A stretch of DNA of 64,000 bases from Macrostomum lignano (lineage: Eukaryota), in contig NIVC01001847.1 of NCBI GenBank assembly GCA_002269645.1, positions 1-64,000 on the forward strand, in the 5' to 3' direction. The position numbers and the translations under genes were made by a program. Under the pieces are notes generated by a model. It did no database searches. It was given only the letters and a program-made list of their open reading frames with translations, and had not been told where the DNA came from. Numbering within the stretch: position 1 is the stretch's first letter; each line of letters begins with the position of its first letter. Below, in pieces: positions 47,079 through 59,813 of the stretch.

Positions 47079-48377
47079 ATGCGCCGGGGCTCTGTCGCCT
47101 GCCCCTTTTGTCCCAGGCGGTTCTGCCGCACCCGATCGGCAGCGGCGCAGTACTTGCGTCATGTGCGGTCACACGGAATCGGCTGCGACTCGGAGCCAGA
47201 GGAGGCGGCTGCGACCAACTCAGAAGCTGGCAGAGCGGCGGCGGTCGAGCAGGTCGAGTCTCGCAATGAGTCAGCGATGCAGCCGTGTGCAGACGGCAGT
47301 TCTGCAGTGACGAAGCGTTACGAGTGCGAGTCAGCCGGGAAGACCCGAGCTTTGAACAGTGCTGCAACACGGCAACGTCAAGCTCAGGCTGTCGAGAGGG
47401 CGTTCCAGTGCAACACTTGCCAGAAGAAGTTCACCAGAAAAAGCCACCTCAAAGCTCACATTAGTGCAGTGCACAAGAAGGCGAAACCGCACAAGTGCAA
47501 GGTGTGCGGCAAGAGATTTAGTGACAGCAGCAGCCTCATTAAGCACTCTAGGCTGCACACAGGAGAAAAGCCATTTGAGTGCAATGTGTGCGGCAAGAGA
47601 TTCAGTCAAGCATGGAGCCTCTCTTCCCACTCAAGGCTGCACACAGGAGAAAAGCCATTTGAGTGCAAGGTGTGCGGCAAGAGATTTAGTGTCAGTAGCA
47701 GCCTCACTAAGCACTCTAGGCTTCACACAGGAGAAAAGCCTTTCGAGTGCAAGGTGTGCGGCAAAAGATTCAATCAAGCATGCAGCCTCTCTTCCCACTC
47801 AAGTCTGCACACAGGAGAAAAGCCTTTCGAGTGCAAGGTGTGCGGCAAGAGATTTAGTGACAGCAGCAGCCTCACTAAGCACTCTAGGCTTCACACAGGA
47901 GAAAAGCCTTTCGAGTGCAAGGTTTGCGGCAAAAGATTCAATCAAGCAAGCAATCTCTCTTCCCACTCAAGGCTGCACACAGGAGAAAAGCCATTTGAGT
48001 GCAATGTGTGCGGCAAGAGATTTAGTGACAGCAGCAGCCTCACTAAGCACTCAAGGCTTCACACAGGAGAAAAGCCATTTGAGTGCAATCTGTGCGGCAA
48101 GAGATTTAGTGACAGCAGCAGCCTCACTAAGCACTCAAGGCTTCACACAGGAGAAAAGCCTTTCGAGTGCAAGGTTTGCGGCAAAAGATTCAATCAAGCA
48201 GGCAGCCTCTCTTCCCACTCAAGGCTTCACACAGGAGAAAAGCCGTTTGAGTGCAATGTGTGTGGCAAGAGATTTCATGTAAGCAGCAACCTCACTAAGC
48301 ACTCCAGGGTGCACACAAGAAAAAGCTATTCGAGTGCCAGGTGTTCTGCAAAAGATTCAGTTAAGGCAGCAATCTGA
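47079..48377 (+). CDS. C2H2 ZNF paralogue B: atypical finger plus 11 fingers, frameshifted 12th
   Basis: Tandem CxxC-x12-HxxxH fingers with TGEKPF linkers; the upstream ATG (46956) frame has a TGA at 47025. Confidence 0.9.
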   Translation: MRRGSVACPFCPRRFCRTRSAAAQYLRHVRSHGIGCDSEPEEAAATNSEAGRAAAVEQVESRNESAMQPCADGSSAVTKRYECESAGKTRALNSAATRQRQAQAVERAFQCNTCQKKFTRKSHLKAHISAVHKKAKPHKCKVCGKRFSDSSSLIKHSRLHTGEKPFECNVCGKRFSQAWSLSSHSRLHTGEKPFECKVCGKRFSVSSSLTKHSRLHTGEKPFECKVCGKRFNQACSLSSHSSLHTGEKPFECKVCGKRFSDSSSLTKHSRLHTGEKPFECKVCGKRFNQASNLSSHSRLHTGEKPFECNVCGKRFSDSSSLTKHSRLHTGEKPFECNLCGKRFSDSSSLTKHSRLHTGEKPFECKVCGKRFNQAGSLSSHSRLHTGEKPFECNVCGKRFHVSSNLTKHSRVHTRKSYSSARCSAKDSVKAAI

Positions 48378-48759
48378 AGAGGCTCTCCAAGCAGCACATT
48401 TTTAACGAATATTTAACTTTGCGCACCGTGATTGTAGAAATGGACACACGATCTTTGTTTTTCTGTGCTCCAGGCGTTTTCAGTGTACGAGTACTTGCAA
48501 TCGTTTAACAGCTTTTTGTTTCTATGTAATTATGCTTTGTCTTGAATCTTTCCTTTAGGATGCATGAGGAAGTTGATACACTGATGAGCTTTTGCTGCCA
48601 AATGTTTTCAGTTTTTTCTCCAGTAGTCACCTTGCGTACTGTACGAGTACTCGGCACTTATGCTACTTCTCGTTTGACTTATTTTAATTTTTGCTTAAAA
48701 AATTCTGCGCACAGTAGGCACGAATATTATAAACTGATAGTTCGGTGATTGTCAGCTTT

Positions 48760-49240
48760 CTAATTAATGAGTTAGCGAAGTCACAAATTGCCAAAGTTAG
48801 GTCGATCTGTAGTTGTCCGATAGCTTTACAACTTGACCAGAATGCAACTCGGCTTGGTGGCTGAATCACTTGGTGCCCTCCGAGTAACCTGTTTCGATGC
48901 ACTTTAATCATAGTGCTCATATGCTGTCTTAATTGTGGAATTTTGAAAAAAATTGCATGCTTTCGGGAATCGAGTCAAGTCTGGTGTTAGCGTGGCGTTT
49001 TGCGAGGAATCTTTCTGTTTCTGCTGTTGGTTTTCTCTGCTGCTGTTTTGACCTTGAAAGACCTTCCAAGTGCTGTGAGCAGAATGGCGGTCTTCAGCTC
49101 GTCGCTTTCATTATCTCGCTTCGCGGCTGTGAGGGAGAGCGCGAAACCAGCAATTCATGTTTTCACTTCTTCATCTGTTCTCATCGAATCGATGGATGCT
49201 GGTGGCTTCAACTCTCCTGTATCAGCCAGCCATGTGTATC
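48760..49240 (-). pseudogene. Degenerate Ty3/Gypsy gag remnant
   Basis: IAGFALSLTAAKRDNESDELKTAILLTALG and LAICDFANSLIRK resemble Gypsy gag; many stops. Confidence 0.45.
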
Positions 49241-50238
49241 GAAGCGTCGGCTTTGAATTAGCTGAGTAGCGACTGAATGATGTATGCGGTTAAGGAGTTA
49301 ATCGTTAGCTGTGTTCCTCTGACACCATGCTGTTTGTTGTCGTGTTAGTAATGAAATCTCAAATCTATGGGCTTGTGTCTCCGATTAGCGGTTTTTCGCA
49401 TGAACACTTAAAGAGGACGGCTCAAAAATGAAAGTATAGAGCATAGTCGGGAGTGCTCAGTAGTCCCTGTCACAAGCTCTTTTTTCACATTGCGCAAGAC
49501 AGTACAGTTAATTAGCACTTGAGAGAATCCCTAGCTACATAAATATTTTACAATAGAATAATTGCTACCAGCTTCACCACCATCTAGAAATTGCACCTTT
49601 AAACTCTGAGTTGGCGCGTCAGCTTGTAGAAGCATTTGACATCGTGCATTCGTCAAAAATGCTGTCCCAGTAAAGTTCCAATAAGCCGGTCTCTCAGACA
49701 GCTGAGAAATGTTTAAATTCTGACACCAAATTTCGTTTTGATTGGCTGGCCTTTAGGCTTTGCTCGTCTTAGCCGGTGGGGCCGCCTACCCACCCTTTTT
49801 GTTACGGCTTTTTAGTATTTCGCTCCGGGTTTGCGCATCCACCTTAAATTGTTCAGTCGCGCAAAGTTGCAGTACAAGTGGCAGAAATCAATGGGTCCTG
49901 CCTGGCAGTCTAGCGATAATTAAATAAAAAACTGTTTATTTTGATTTAGCTAAAACCCCAATCCACACCCGGTAAAACCCGCTTTGGGTCACTATCTCTC
50001 ATGAGCCAAAGATTGCTTATCGGTTTAAATTTAACCATGCACGTACGCTCGTAATGTCGTTTAGCAGCAACATTTTCACTCGGTTAAATCCATCATCAAT
50101 TGGTTGTCTTAAATTCAAGTAAAGCATGCATGGAATTTTTATCACTTTCATAAAATAGAAAATTCAGCTTTTTATTAGTCAATATAACCCAGCAATTGTC
50201 TTTATGTTTTCGATATTGGGGATGTTCATTTCCTTTAG

Positions 50239-51174
50239 ATGTCTTTCCATTCCGGATCACAAAGTGACGAAGTCCCTACCGCTCCGCATTGCAGCTCCGG
50301 CAGAGACGGGCTTCGAGCATCGGCATCTCCGCACAGATCGCAGCCCCACAGTTTCTCAGAGATGCACCGGGGCTCTGTCGCCTGCCCCTTTTGTCCCAGG
50401 CGGTTCTGCCGCACCCGTTCGGCAGCGGCGCAGTACTTGCGTCATGTGCGGTCACACGGAATGGGCTGCGACTCGGAGCCAGAAGAGGCGGCTGCGACCA
50501 ACTCAGAAGCTGGCAGAGCGGCGGCGGTCGAGCAGGTCGAGTCTCGCAATGAGTCAGCGATGCAGCCGTGTGCAGACGGCAGTTCTGCAGTGACGAAGAG
50601 TCCGGAGTGCGAGTCAGCCGGGAACACCCGAGCTTCAAAGAGTGCTGCAACACGGCAACGTCAAGCTCAGGGTTTCGAGAGGGTGTTCCAGTGCGACACT
50701 TGCCAGAAGAAGCTCACCAGAAAATGCCACCTCAAAGCTCACATTAGTGCAGTGCACAAGAAGGCGAAACCGTACAAGTGCAAGGTGTGCGGCAAGAGAT
50801 TCGGTTTCAGCAGCGCCCTCACTACACACTCTAGAGTGCACACAGGAGAAAAGCCATTTGAGTGCAAGGTGTGCGGCAAGAGATTCGGTTTCAGCAGCAA
50901 CCTCTCTTCTCACTCAAGGCTGCACACAGGAGAAAAGCCATTTGAGTGCAAGGTGTGCGGCAAGAGATTCGGTTTCAGCAGCAACCTCTCTTCTCACTCA
51001 ATGCTGCACACAGGAGAAAAACCATTTGAGTGCAAGGTGTGCGGCAAGCGATTTACTCAAATCTCCAACCTCACTATGCACTCTAGAGTTCACACAGGAG
51101 AAAAGCCATTTGAGTGCAAGCGATTTAATCGAGGCAGCCATCAGAAAACGCACGCTCATCGGCACGTAGTGTAA
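50239..51174 (+). CDS. C2H2 ZNF paralogue C: atypical finger plus 5 fingers; last finger lacks VCGK
   Basis: Intact 311-aa ORF. Confidence 0.88.
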   Translation: MSFHSGSQSDEVPTAPHCSSGRDGLRASASPHRSQPHSFSEMHRGSVACPFCPRRFCRTRSAAAQYLRHVRSHGMGCDSEPEEAAATNSEAGRAAAVEQVESRNESAMQPCADGSSAVTKSPECESAGNTRASKSAATRQRQAQGFERVFQCDTCQKKLTRKCHLKAHISAVHKKAKPYKCKVCGKRFGFSSALTTHSRVHTGEKPFECKVCGKRFGFSSNLSSHSRLHTGEKPFECKVCGKRFGFSSNLSSHSMLHTGEKPFECKVCGKRFTQISNLTMHSRVHTGEKPFECKRFNRGSHQKTHAHRHVV

Positions 51175-52316
51175 CGAATATTAAACTTTGCCCTCCGTGG
51201 CTGCAGAAGTGAACTTCGGGGTCTGAGTTCTGAGTGTTCGCCACGCGTTTTTAAGTCACTAGCAATCCATTAACAGCCTTTTTTGTCCGTAAATTTTAAT
51301 GATCATCCTTGAATTGTCCAAAAGTAATGCATACCGTATCTAAACCAATGGTCAGTTGATCAGTGTCAGTACCCACTGATTGGTTTGAAGCATTTTCTGT
51401 TTTAATTAAGCACCTTCATTGACTGCACTGCTAGACCAGTGTTTAATTCTTGTTGCTGCCAAAGGTTTCAATTTGTTGTTTGCTTCTTATTTCATTATTT
51501 TCTGTATTACTCAGCACTCATATTTTATGTTTGACTTATTGTTATTATAGTGTCTCCGCGATTGAATTTTGTAAAGACCAAGCTAAAATTTGATCTCAAA
51601 ACTTGTTTTTCTTCATGTATTTTCGAATTACACTTGCAGCATGGCAATCTTCACTTGTTATTTTTTAATGTCTGTCTGGATTTGTTGGTTTTTATATTAA
51701 TATTAACAAACCACGTGTAGTGCATGGGCCCTCGGGGGGTCTGTCAGGGCAGGAGGGTCTCACACTGCTTACGCCGTTAAGTTGCTTACTGCTTACTGCT
51801 TATCCCTCTAGTTAAGGAGACAAAAAGTTATACTTTACAAATTGGTTCTGGTTCTAGAATCAGAACAAGCAATATGAAAAGCCTCTTAGAGGTAAACTAA
51901 ACTTTTTTGATTTGGCCGAAGCAACAATCAAAGTCGGGTAAAATAAGTTGACTCTGTGGTATAAAAGACAATAGTTTAGAGCAATTGCTTCAGCAGCAAA
52001 AGTTTGAGTTTGATAGCTTGATATGTCAGGAGTTCCGTATATTTTGCCAGCTGCTTGTACAGAGTACACACGTGAGCCATATACTCGTGACTCACCAATA
52101 TCCTATACTATATCTTACGGTAGGCACTTTATAAGCACCAGCGAGTGTCACAACAATAATGGTAGCAACGCAACTTCTGAACTTCATCACGCCAGATCGA
52201 GCTACTGTTTCACAAAGCGTCACTACGTCTTTTCCTACTTTTTTTATAGTACTTGGGTTGGGCACCCGGACCGACCCCAGTTTCTTCACAGGTAAACTGT
52301 GGAATGCAGCTGTCTC

Positions 52317-53050
52317 CTCTCCCTAGCCACCCTATCACTAACCCAACCCACCCTAAGACTCTCCCTAGCCACCCTATCACTAACCCAACCCACCCTAAGA
52401 CTCTCCCTAGCCACCCTATCACTCACCCAACCCACCCTAAGACTCTCCCTAGCCACCCTATCACTCACCCAACCCACCCTAAGACTCTCCCTAGCCACCC
52501 TATCACTAACCGAACCCACCCTAAGACTCTCCCTAGCCACCCTATCACTCACCCAACCCACCCTGAGACTCTCCCTAGCCACCCTATCACTCACCCAACC
52601 CACCCTAAGACTCTCCCTAGCCACCCTATCACTCACCCAACCCACCCTAAGACTCTCCCTAGCCACCCTATCACTCACCCAACCCACCCTAAGACTCTCC
52701 CTAGCCACCCTTTCACTCACCCAAACCACCCTAAGACTCTCCCTAGCCACCCCATCACTCACCCAAAAACCACCCTAAGACTCTCCCTAGCCACCCTATC
52801 ACTCACCCAAACCACCCTAAGACTCTCCCTAGCCACCCTATCACTCACCCAAACCATCCTAAGACTCTCCTTAGCCACCCTATCACTCACCCAAACCACC
52901 CTAAGACTCTCCCTAGCCACCCTATCACTCACCCAAAAACCACCCTAAGACTCTCCCTAGCCACCCTATCACTCACCCAAATCACCCAAAGACTCTCCCT
53001 AGCCACCCTATCACTCACCCAAACCACCCTAAGACTCTCCCTAGCCATCC
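52317..53050. repeat. 42-bp G/C-skewed minisatellite (ctctccctagccaccctatcactcacccaacccaccctaaga), about 17 copies
   Basis: Visible tandem array. Confidence 0.96.
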
Positions 53051-53329
53051 TAGGACTCCACTGCCACTCTACCAGTCACCCTGCTACTCCAATTTTCACC
53101 CTACCTACCCTGCTAACTGTTCAGCAACTTCTCTTAACCCATTTCCTCTGCCATTGCACCTTTTTAGAATAATACCCTATTAAATGATTTTTAATTATTA
53201 GATAACTTATTAAAGAATGAAATTGTTTTGATAGTGTTTCAAACACTGCCCTTCTTTTATTTAATTCTCACCTACCGAATACTCGTAAACTACAGAGTGG
53301 TAAATGCGATTGCCGTTGTGTAAAACATT

Positions 53330-54065
53330 TCTCAGAGGCACTTATGCTCAGCTCCCAAGTCCTTCAAGTAATTCTCTCACAGTTTCGACACTTGGCTCCA
53401 CATGCCAGGCATGACTCTGGCAGATGCTTCTTCATAAAAAAACTGCAGGCCTTGCCCGAAATGCGCATTTGGCCTTGAGCACTGCTTTGATGTCGCATTT
53501 TGTCCTTTGTTGTATTGACTGCTTCCAACTTTCCTTGAGGTCAAGGCACTCTTACTGACTTGCTCTTGCGCTGCAACAGTCTCCACCGCAAGCATCAATG
53601 TTAACGGGCCTTTAATAATCAGTTCTTTCACCACGGAGGCATTGCACAGTCCGGCTGCAAACTGGTCTCTTAGAGCTTCTTGCAGAATGTATTCAAATAC
53701 CACATCTGTCGCAGTCTCGCAGTCGGTTCTCAAAATATGCTTATGGGTACTCGTCTTGCTTCGCTACGGTAAACCTGTGACGCTCAGGCACAAGTTTTTG
53801 TGAGGTGACAAGCTACTTGATTTCATCCTCTAGATTCTCGAATGCATTGACCTCTAGCTTCGCCGGAGGGACCAAGAAGTTCCCTAATTTGTCATACGCG
53901 GCTACCACCATGATGAGGCTTAAAAAGTCAGTCTTGAGTAAGACTCCGTCAACCTTCTCGTCTTTCATGTCCAATTTTCTGCAGACGGCTTCAATCCGCT
54001 AAATGCCTCAGAAATTCCTTCAGTCCAGGGCGACTCCCGCAGGTTCCCTCAAGACAGTGACGCCC
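53330..54065 (-). pseudogene. Degenerate Ty3/Gypsy gag remnant (copy 1, partly deleted)
   Basis: ERHRFTVAKQDE and LQEALRDQFAAGLCNASVVKELI motifs; frameshifts. Confidence 0.75.
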
Positions 54066-54460
54066 TTGTTTTTTCAGTTCGTCCAGAGCCAAACAGACAG
54101 AAGTTTCACGATCGTGCTGCTCAGCTAGCAGTTCTAAATGATAATGTACATTGACACTCGGCAGCTTAAAACGCGCCGTTTTGTTTAATTTCCCAGACCG
54201 TCTCAAATAAGCACGCAGAATTGGGAACGCAGAAAGATGATACAGACAGAAACTGGGTCGGTTTGGGGTAGACGTGGCGGGGAGAGGTAAAAGTGCACTG
54301 CCGGCCTTCTTAACCGGGGGCTAAGGATTGCTCATCAATGCAGATGTACCCGGTCACATTGCCGTTTAGCAATAACTTTTCACCCAGTAAAATGTCCATT
54401 AAAAATTAGTCTATTTACTTTTATTTAAGACTCAGCTATAAGTGTAGTTCACTTCCTTTG

Positions 54461-55080
54461 ATGTCTTTCAATTCCGGATCACAAAGTGACGAAGTCCCTA
54501 CCGCTCCGCATTGCAGCTCAGGCAGAGACTGGCTTCGAGCATCGGCATCTCCGCACAGATCGCAGCCCCACAGTTCCTCAGAACACCGGGGACACCCGGA
54601 GACACCGGGGCTCTGTCGCCTGCCCCTTTTGTCCCAGGCGGTTCTGCCGCACCCGATCGGCAGCGGCGCAGTACTTGCGGTCGGGAACACCCGAGCTTCA
54701 AAGAGTGCTGCAACATGGCAACGTCAAGCTCAGGGCATCGAGAGCCCGTTCCAGTGCGATACTTGCCAGAAGAAGTTTACCAAAAAAAGCCATATCAAAG
54801 CTCACATTAGTGCAGTGCACAAGAAGGCAAACCGTACAAGTGCAAGGTGTGCGGCAAGAGATTCCATGTCAGCAGCGCCTTCACTACATACTCGAGGCGG
54901 CACACAGGAGAAAAGCCATTTGAGTGCAAGGTGTGCGGCAGAAGATTTCGTCGTAGGAGCAACCTCACTTCGCACTCAAGGCTGCACACAGGAGAAAAGC
55001 CATTTGAGTGCAGGGTGTGCAGCAAGATACTAAATAAAGCCAGCATACTGAAGAGGCACTCCAAGCAGCAGGTTTTGTAG
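54461..55080 (+). pseudogene. C2H2 ZNF paralogue D, frameshifted pseudogene with 4 finger remnants
   Basis: Local duplication near 54585-54610, deletion of about 150 bp, 1-nt deletion near 54828, His>Tyr substitution. Confidence 0.85.
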
Positions 55081-56335
55081 AGAATATTCAGTTTCGTGTT
55101 CCGTGATCGCTGAAATAGACTCCGGAAATTTGTTCTTCCTGTGCTCCACGCGTTTTCAATTTATTCGCAATCTTTTAACAGCTTTTTGTTCTTTTGTATT
55201 AGTGATTTTTTGTTGAATTTTTCTGAAGAATGCATTAGGAAGTTGATGCACTAATGAGCTGTTGCTGCCAAAGGAAGTTGATGTTTGCTGTTTTTATAAA
55301 TTATACCGGTGGCATTGAAGTCTATGTTTTGTTTTAATATTTGTCTTGATGTGTGTATAATTGTTTTGATATAGAGATTTTAATAGGCCACGTAAAATGT
55401 CGAATGCAGCTGTTGTCATTGGCATGACTGCTCAGCTGTCAGGGCATTGAGCCGGGCAGCAGAGCGGCAGCGAGACAGAGAGAACCTCTGAGCCGTGTCG
55501 CAGAGTCCTTTGGAAAAAAGTTGAGTTGAGTTGCAGCTAGAATGTAGGTTTTAATGGCTGCCAAGACAGTCAACAAGTTGAGCCAAATTACCGTTCCATG
55601 ACTGCCCCTCAGCACACCGTTGCCTCTTACACTGATGACTGCACAATCTTATTATTATAGAATGAATTTGCCTTCATAATCCTCTTGTTCATTAGTTTCA
55701 TTAGTAAAATAAGCTATGGAGTTGGAATTTCACTTTTTTGCTTTGCTTAAATGCATTCATGCTAAGCTCCCAGATCTAGGCCAGTGGGTTCTCCTTTTTA
55801 ATTTCCCGAGCCGTCTGAAACGGGTAGACAGCATTTGGAATGCAGCAGAGGGACCCTTCAAACAGAATGGGAAGGGATGTAACTGGGTGAGTTTGGTGTA
55901 GACGCGGCTGAAAGGAGTAAGAGTGCAATGGCAGGCCCTCCTGACGAGTGCCAAGGATTTCTTATCGGTACAGCAGATGTACCCGGGCACATTCTCGATT
56001 AGCAGCAAGATTTTCACACGCTTGAATCTTCATCGAAAATTGACTGTTGCAAATTCAAGTATAGCATGCATTCTATATTTACATGTATCACTTTCATAGA
56101 TGTTTATATAAAGTTAGGCTATTTATTTGTTGATGTAACCCAGCTATCGTCTTTATGTTCTCAAAATCAGAAAGCATACTTGTAGTTTAGTTCTTTTAGA
56201 TGTTTTCAATCCCAGTTTACAAACGGATCCAACAAGTGATTAAGATAGTCTACCGCTCCACATTCCTGCTTAGGCAGAGACGGGCCTCGAGCATCGGCAT
56301 CTCCGCACAGATCGCAGCCCCACAGTTTCTCAGCG

Positions 56336-57466
56336 ATGCGCCGGGGCTCTGTCGCCTGCCCCTTTTGTCCCAGGCGGTTCTGCCGTACCCGTTCGGCAGC
56401 GGCGCAGTACTTGCATCATGTGCGGTCACACGGAATGGGCTGCGACTCGGAGCCAGAGGAGGTGGCTGCGACCAACTCAGAAGCTGGCAGAGCGGCGGCG
56501 GTCGAGCAGGTCGAGTCTCGCAATGAGTCAGCGATGCAGCCGTGTGCAGACGGCAGTTCTGCAGTGACGAAGAGTCCAGAGTGCGAGTCAGCCGGGAAGA
56601 CCCGAGCTTTGAACAGTGCTGCAACACGGCAACGTCAAGCTCAGGCTGTCGAGAGGGCGTTCCAGTGCAACACTTGCCAGAAGAAGTTCACCAGAAAAGG
56701 CCACCTCAAAGCTCACATTAGTGCAGTGCACATGAAGGCGAAACCGCACAAGTGCAAGGTGTGCGGCAAGAGATTCGGTTTCAGCAGCGACCTCAATACA
56801 CACTCTAGAGTGCACACAGGAGAAAAGCCATTTGAGTGCAATGTGTGCGGCAAGAGATTCGGTCGAGCATGGGGCCTCTCTTACCACTCAAGGCTGCACA
56901 CAGGAGAAAAGCCATTTGAGTGCAATGTGTGCGGCAAGAGATTTAGTGTCAGTAGCAGCCTCACTCAGCACTCTAGGCTTCACACAGGAGAAAAGCCTTT
57001 CGAGTGCAAGGTGTGCGGCAAAAGATTCAATCAAGCAAGCAATCTCTCTTCCCACTCAAGGCTGCACACAGGAGAAAAGCCATTTGAGTGCAAGGTGTGC
57101 GGCAAGAGATTTAATGACAGCAGCAGCCTCACTAAGCACTCTAGGCTTCACACAGGAGAAAAGCCTTTCGAGTGCAAGGTTTGCGGCAAAAGATTCAATC
57201 AAGCAAGCAATCTCTCTTCCCACTCAAGGCTGCACACAGGAGAAAAGCCATTTGAGTGCAATGTGTGCGGCAAGAGATTTAGTGACAGCAGCAGCCTCAC
57301 TAAGCACTCTAGGCTTCACACAGGAGAAAAGCCGTTTGAGTGCATGGTGTGCGGCAAGAGATTTCATGTAAGCAGCAACCTCACTAAGCACTCCAGGGTG
57401 CACACAAGAAAAAGCTATTCGAGTGCCAGGTGTTCTGCAAAAGATTCAGTTAAGGCAGCAATCTGA
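56336..57466 (+). CDS. C2H2 ZNF paralogue E: atypical finger plus 9 fingers, frameshifted 10th
   Basis: 376-aa ORF; 3' end and flank nearly identical to paralogue B. Confidence 0.9.
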   Translation: MRRGSVACPFCPRRFCRTRSAAAQYLHHVRSHGMGCDSEPEEVAATNSEAGRAAAVEQVESRNESAMQPCADGSSAVTKSPECESAGKTRALNSAATRQRQAQAVERAFQCNTCQKKFTRKGHLKAHISAVHMKAKPHKCKVCGKRFGFSSDLNTHSRVHTGEKPFECNVCGKRFGRAWGLSYHSRLHTGEKPFECNVCGKRFSVSSSLTQHSRLHTGEKPFECKVCGKRFNQASNLSSHSRLHTGEKPFECKVCGKRFNDSSSLTKHSRLHTGEKPFECKVCGKRFNQASNLSSHSRLHTGEKPFECNVCGKRFSDSSSLTKHSRLHTGEKPFECMVCGKRFHVSSNLTKHSRVHTRKSYSSARCSAKDSVKAAI

Positions 57467-57849
57467 AGAGGCTCTTCAAGCAGCACATTTTTAACGAATA
57501 TTTAACTTTGCGCACCGTGATTGTAGAAATGGACACACGATCTTTGTTTTTCTGTGCTCCAGGCGTTTTCAGTGTACGAGTACTTGCAATCGTTTAACAG
57601 CTTTTTGTTCCTATGTAATTATGCTTTGTCTTGAATCTTTCCTTTAGGATGCATGAGGAAGTTGATGCACTGATGAGCTGTTGCTGCCAAATGTTTTCAG
57701 TTTTTTCTCCAGTAGTCACCTTGCGTACTGTACGAGTACTCGGCACTTATGCTACTTTTCGTTTGACTTATTTTAATTTTTGCTTAAAAAATTCTGCGCA
57801 CAGTAGGCACGAATATTATAAACTGATAGTTCGGTGATTGTCAGCTTTC

Positions 57850-58300
57850 TAATTATTGAGTTAGCGAAGTCACAAATTGCCAAAGTTAGGTCGATCTGTA
57901 GTTGTCCGATAGCTTTACAACTTGACCAGAATGCAACTCGGCTATGTGGCTGAATCACTTGGTGCCCTCCGAGTAACCTGTTTCGATGCACTTTAATCGT
58001 AGTGCTCATATGCTGTCTTAATTGTCGAAGGTCGAAAAAAATTGCATGCTCTGGGGAATCGAGTCAAGTTTGGTGTTAGCGTGGCGTTTTGCGAGGAATC
58101 TTTCTGTTTCTGCTGTTTTGACCTTGAAAGACCTTCCAAGTGCTGTGAGCAGAATGGCGGTCTTTAGCTCGTCGCTTTCATTATCTCTCTTCACGGCTGT
58201 GAGGGAGAGCGCGAAACCAGCAATTCATGTTTTCACTTCTTCATTTGTTCTCATCGAATGCGATGGATGCTGGTGGCTTCAACTCTCCTGTATCAGCCAG
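57850..58300 (-). pseudogene. Duplicated copy of the gag remnant at 48760..49240
   Basis: Near-identical sequence downstream of paralogue E. Confidence 0.45.
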
Positions 58301-59813
58301 CCATGTGTATCAAAGCGTCGGCTTTGAATTAGCTGTATAGCGACTGAATGATGTATGCGGTTAAGGAGTTAATCGTTAGCTGTGTTCCTCTGACACCATG
58401 CTGTTTGTTGTCGTGTTAGTAATGAAATCTCGAAATCTATGGGCTTGTGTCTCCGATTAGCGGTTTTTTGCATGAACACTTAAAGAGGACGGCTCAAAAA
58501 TGAAAGTATAGAGCATAGTCGGGAGTGCTCAGTAGTCCCTGTTACAAGCTCTATCTTTCACATTGCGCAAGACAGTACAGTTCATTAGCACTTGAGAAAA
58601 TCCCTAGCTACATAGATATTTTACAATAGAATAATTGCTACCAGCTTCACCACCATCTAGAAATTGCACCTTTAAACTCCGAGTTGGCGCGTCAGATTGT
58701 AGAAGCATTTGACATCGTGCATTCGTCAAAAATGCTGTCCCAGTAAAGTTCCAATAAGCCGGTCTCTGAGACAGCTGAGAAATGTTTAAATTCTGACACC
58801 AAATTTCGTTTCGATTGGCTGGCCTTTAGGCTTTGCTCGTCTTAGCCAGTGGGGCCGCCTACCCACCCTTTTTGTTACGGCTTTTTAGTATTTCGCTCCG
58901 GTTTGCGCATCCACCTTAAATTGTTCAGTCGCGCAAAGTTGCAGTACAAGTGGCAGAAATCAATGGGTCCTGCCAGGCAGTCTAGCGATAATAAAAATAA
59001 ACTGTTTATTTTGATTTAGCTAAAACCCCAATCGAAACCCGGTAAAATTGGTTGAGACTGCGGTGTTAAATGATAACAGCACCGATTGAGTTCGGTTTGA
59101 TCTGTAAGCGTGCACTGTTCAAACAATTGTTTAACGGCATCGTCGCGTTGCGTACGATATTCAAATATACAACAGGCTTTACTTCTATTAACCAGCCTGT
59201 TTTTGAGTCATTCTTTCCCTGAAGCTTGATGGTTCAGGGGTCCTGTATATATAATTTCCAAAGCATCATCACACCAGTATCGGAAGTCACTTTGTAAGCT
59301 CCTTTGTTGCAGGCCCGCGCGATCCAGGCGGACAAGCTCGAAGCCTTTGATAATGATTTTGGAGGCTGGACGGAGCTTGCTCTCTTAGATAGCGGTTTAA
59401 GGCAACTAAAAACTTTTTTATTGTAAATCTATTTTACCAAAGTGAGGACCATGTAGTTATAGTTGAAATTGTTGGTATCTGGTCTCCAGTAGAAAATTGA
59501 ATGAGATAATGGAAGAATTGAGCAAAAATCAAGAAAAAATTGTATGTTAGGAAGTTTACCTGGAAGGCTTTGGCTCACTATCTTTCACGAGCCAAGGATT
59601 GCTCATCAGTGTAAATTTAACCATGCACATCATGCCGTTTAGCAGCAACATTTTCACTCGGTTAAATCCATCATCAATTGGTTGTCTTAAATTCAAGTAA
59701 AGCATGCAATGGATTTTTATCACTTTCATAAAATAGAAAATTATGCTTTTTATTAGTCAATATACCCAGAAATTGTCTATGTTTTCGATATTGGGGATGT
59801 TCATTTCCTTTAG

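Larger units (their letters stand above)
46990..54206 (+). repeat. Segmental duplication, copy 1 (ZNF B + gag remnant + ZNF C + VNTR + gag remnant)
   Basis: Colinear with 56245..64000+. Confidence 0.88.

Noticed and set aside
47359-48282. Alternate-frame ORFs over the ZNF arrays (CTQEKSHLSARCAARD)
   Set aside because: Off-frame readings of the 84-bp finger repeat
52253-52948. HPKTLPSHPIT and RVARESLRVGWVSD ORFs
   Set aside because: 42-bp VNTR translations
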